Shown: piece after piece, positions 63,997 to 64,000 of the stretch | Numbering within the stretch: the stretch's first letter is position 1 | How the letters are laid out: every line of letters begins with the position of its first letter | DNA from: Eledone cirrhosa | Lineage: Eukaryota | Assembly: GCA_964016885.1 (NCBI GenBank) | Contig: CAXHJY010000264.1 | Coordinates: forward strand, 558,001 to 622,000 | Direction: 5' to 3' | Length of the DNA stretch: 64,000 nt | The notes under the pieces: generated by a model | The model's database searches: none | The model's input: only the letters and a program-made list of their open reading frames with translations | What the model was told of the DNA's origin: nothing | Made by a program: the position numbers and the translations under genes

Positions 63997-64000
63997 ATAT

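Overview
Eukaryotic, repeat-dominated genomic DNA. The SINE/RTE/CR1 repertoire resembles what I recall of octopus genomes, but this is an inference. Bases 1-29307 are a ~90-bp satellite with kilobase-scale higher-order duplications; on the minus strand its monomer is a 30-codon piece of an RTE-type LINE ORF C-terminus (ELREKLGIRGIRCSV*ERRLCWYRHVMCMD). Two phase-compatible minus-strand exons (35541-35708, 31294-31595) encode the N-terminal and middle part of an SRA1/SRAP homologue. I did not find the expected C-terminal exons in the window, so the satellite probably lies in an SRA1 intron. Bases 43728-54162 are a second, 30-bp minisatellite array that appears to derive from the RTE 3' tail and carries an AGGTGA-CC-AGGTCA (DR2-like) motif in most units. 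The rest is tRNA-derived SINEs, decayed RTE and other LINE fragments, a little-decayed 5'-truncated CR1-group LINE (60285-62625, minus) that shares its 3' tail with a local SINE family, two MITE-like inverted repeats, small minisatellites and microsatellites. Almost all ORFs in the supplied track are repeat artefacts. I found no prokaryotic-type system (CRISPR etc.).
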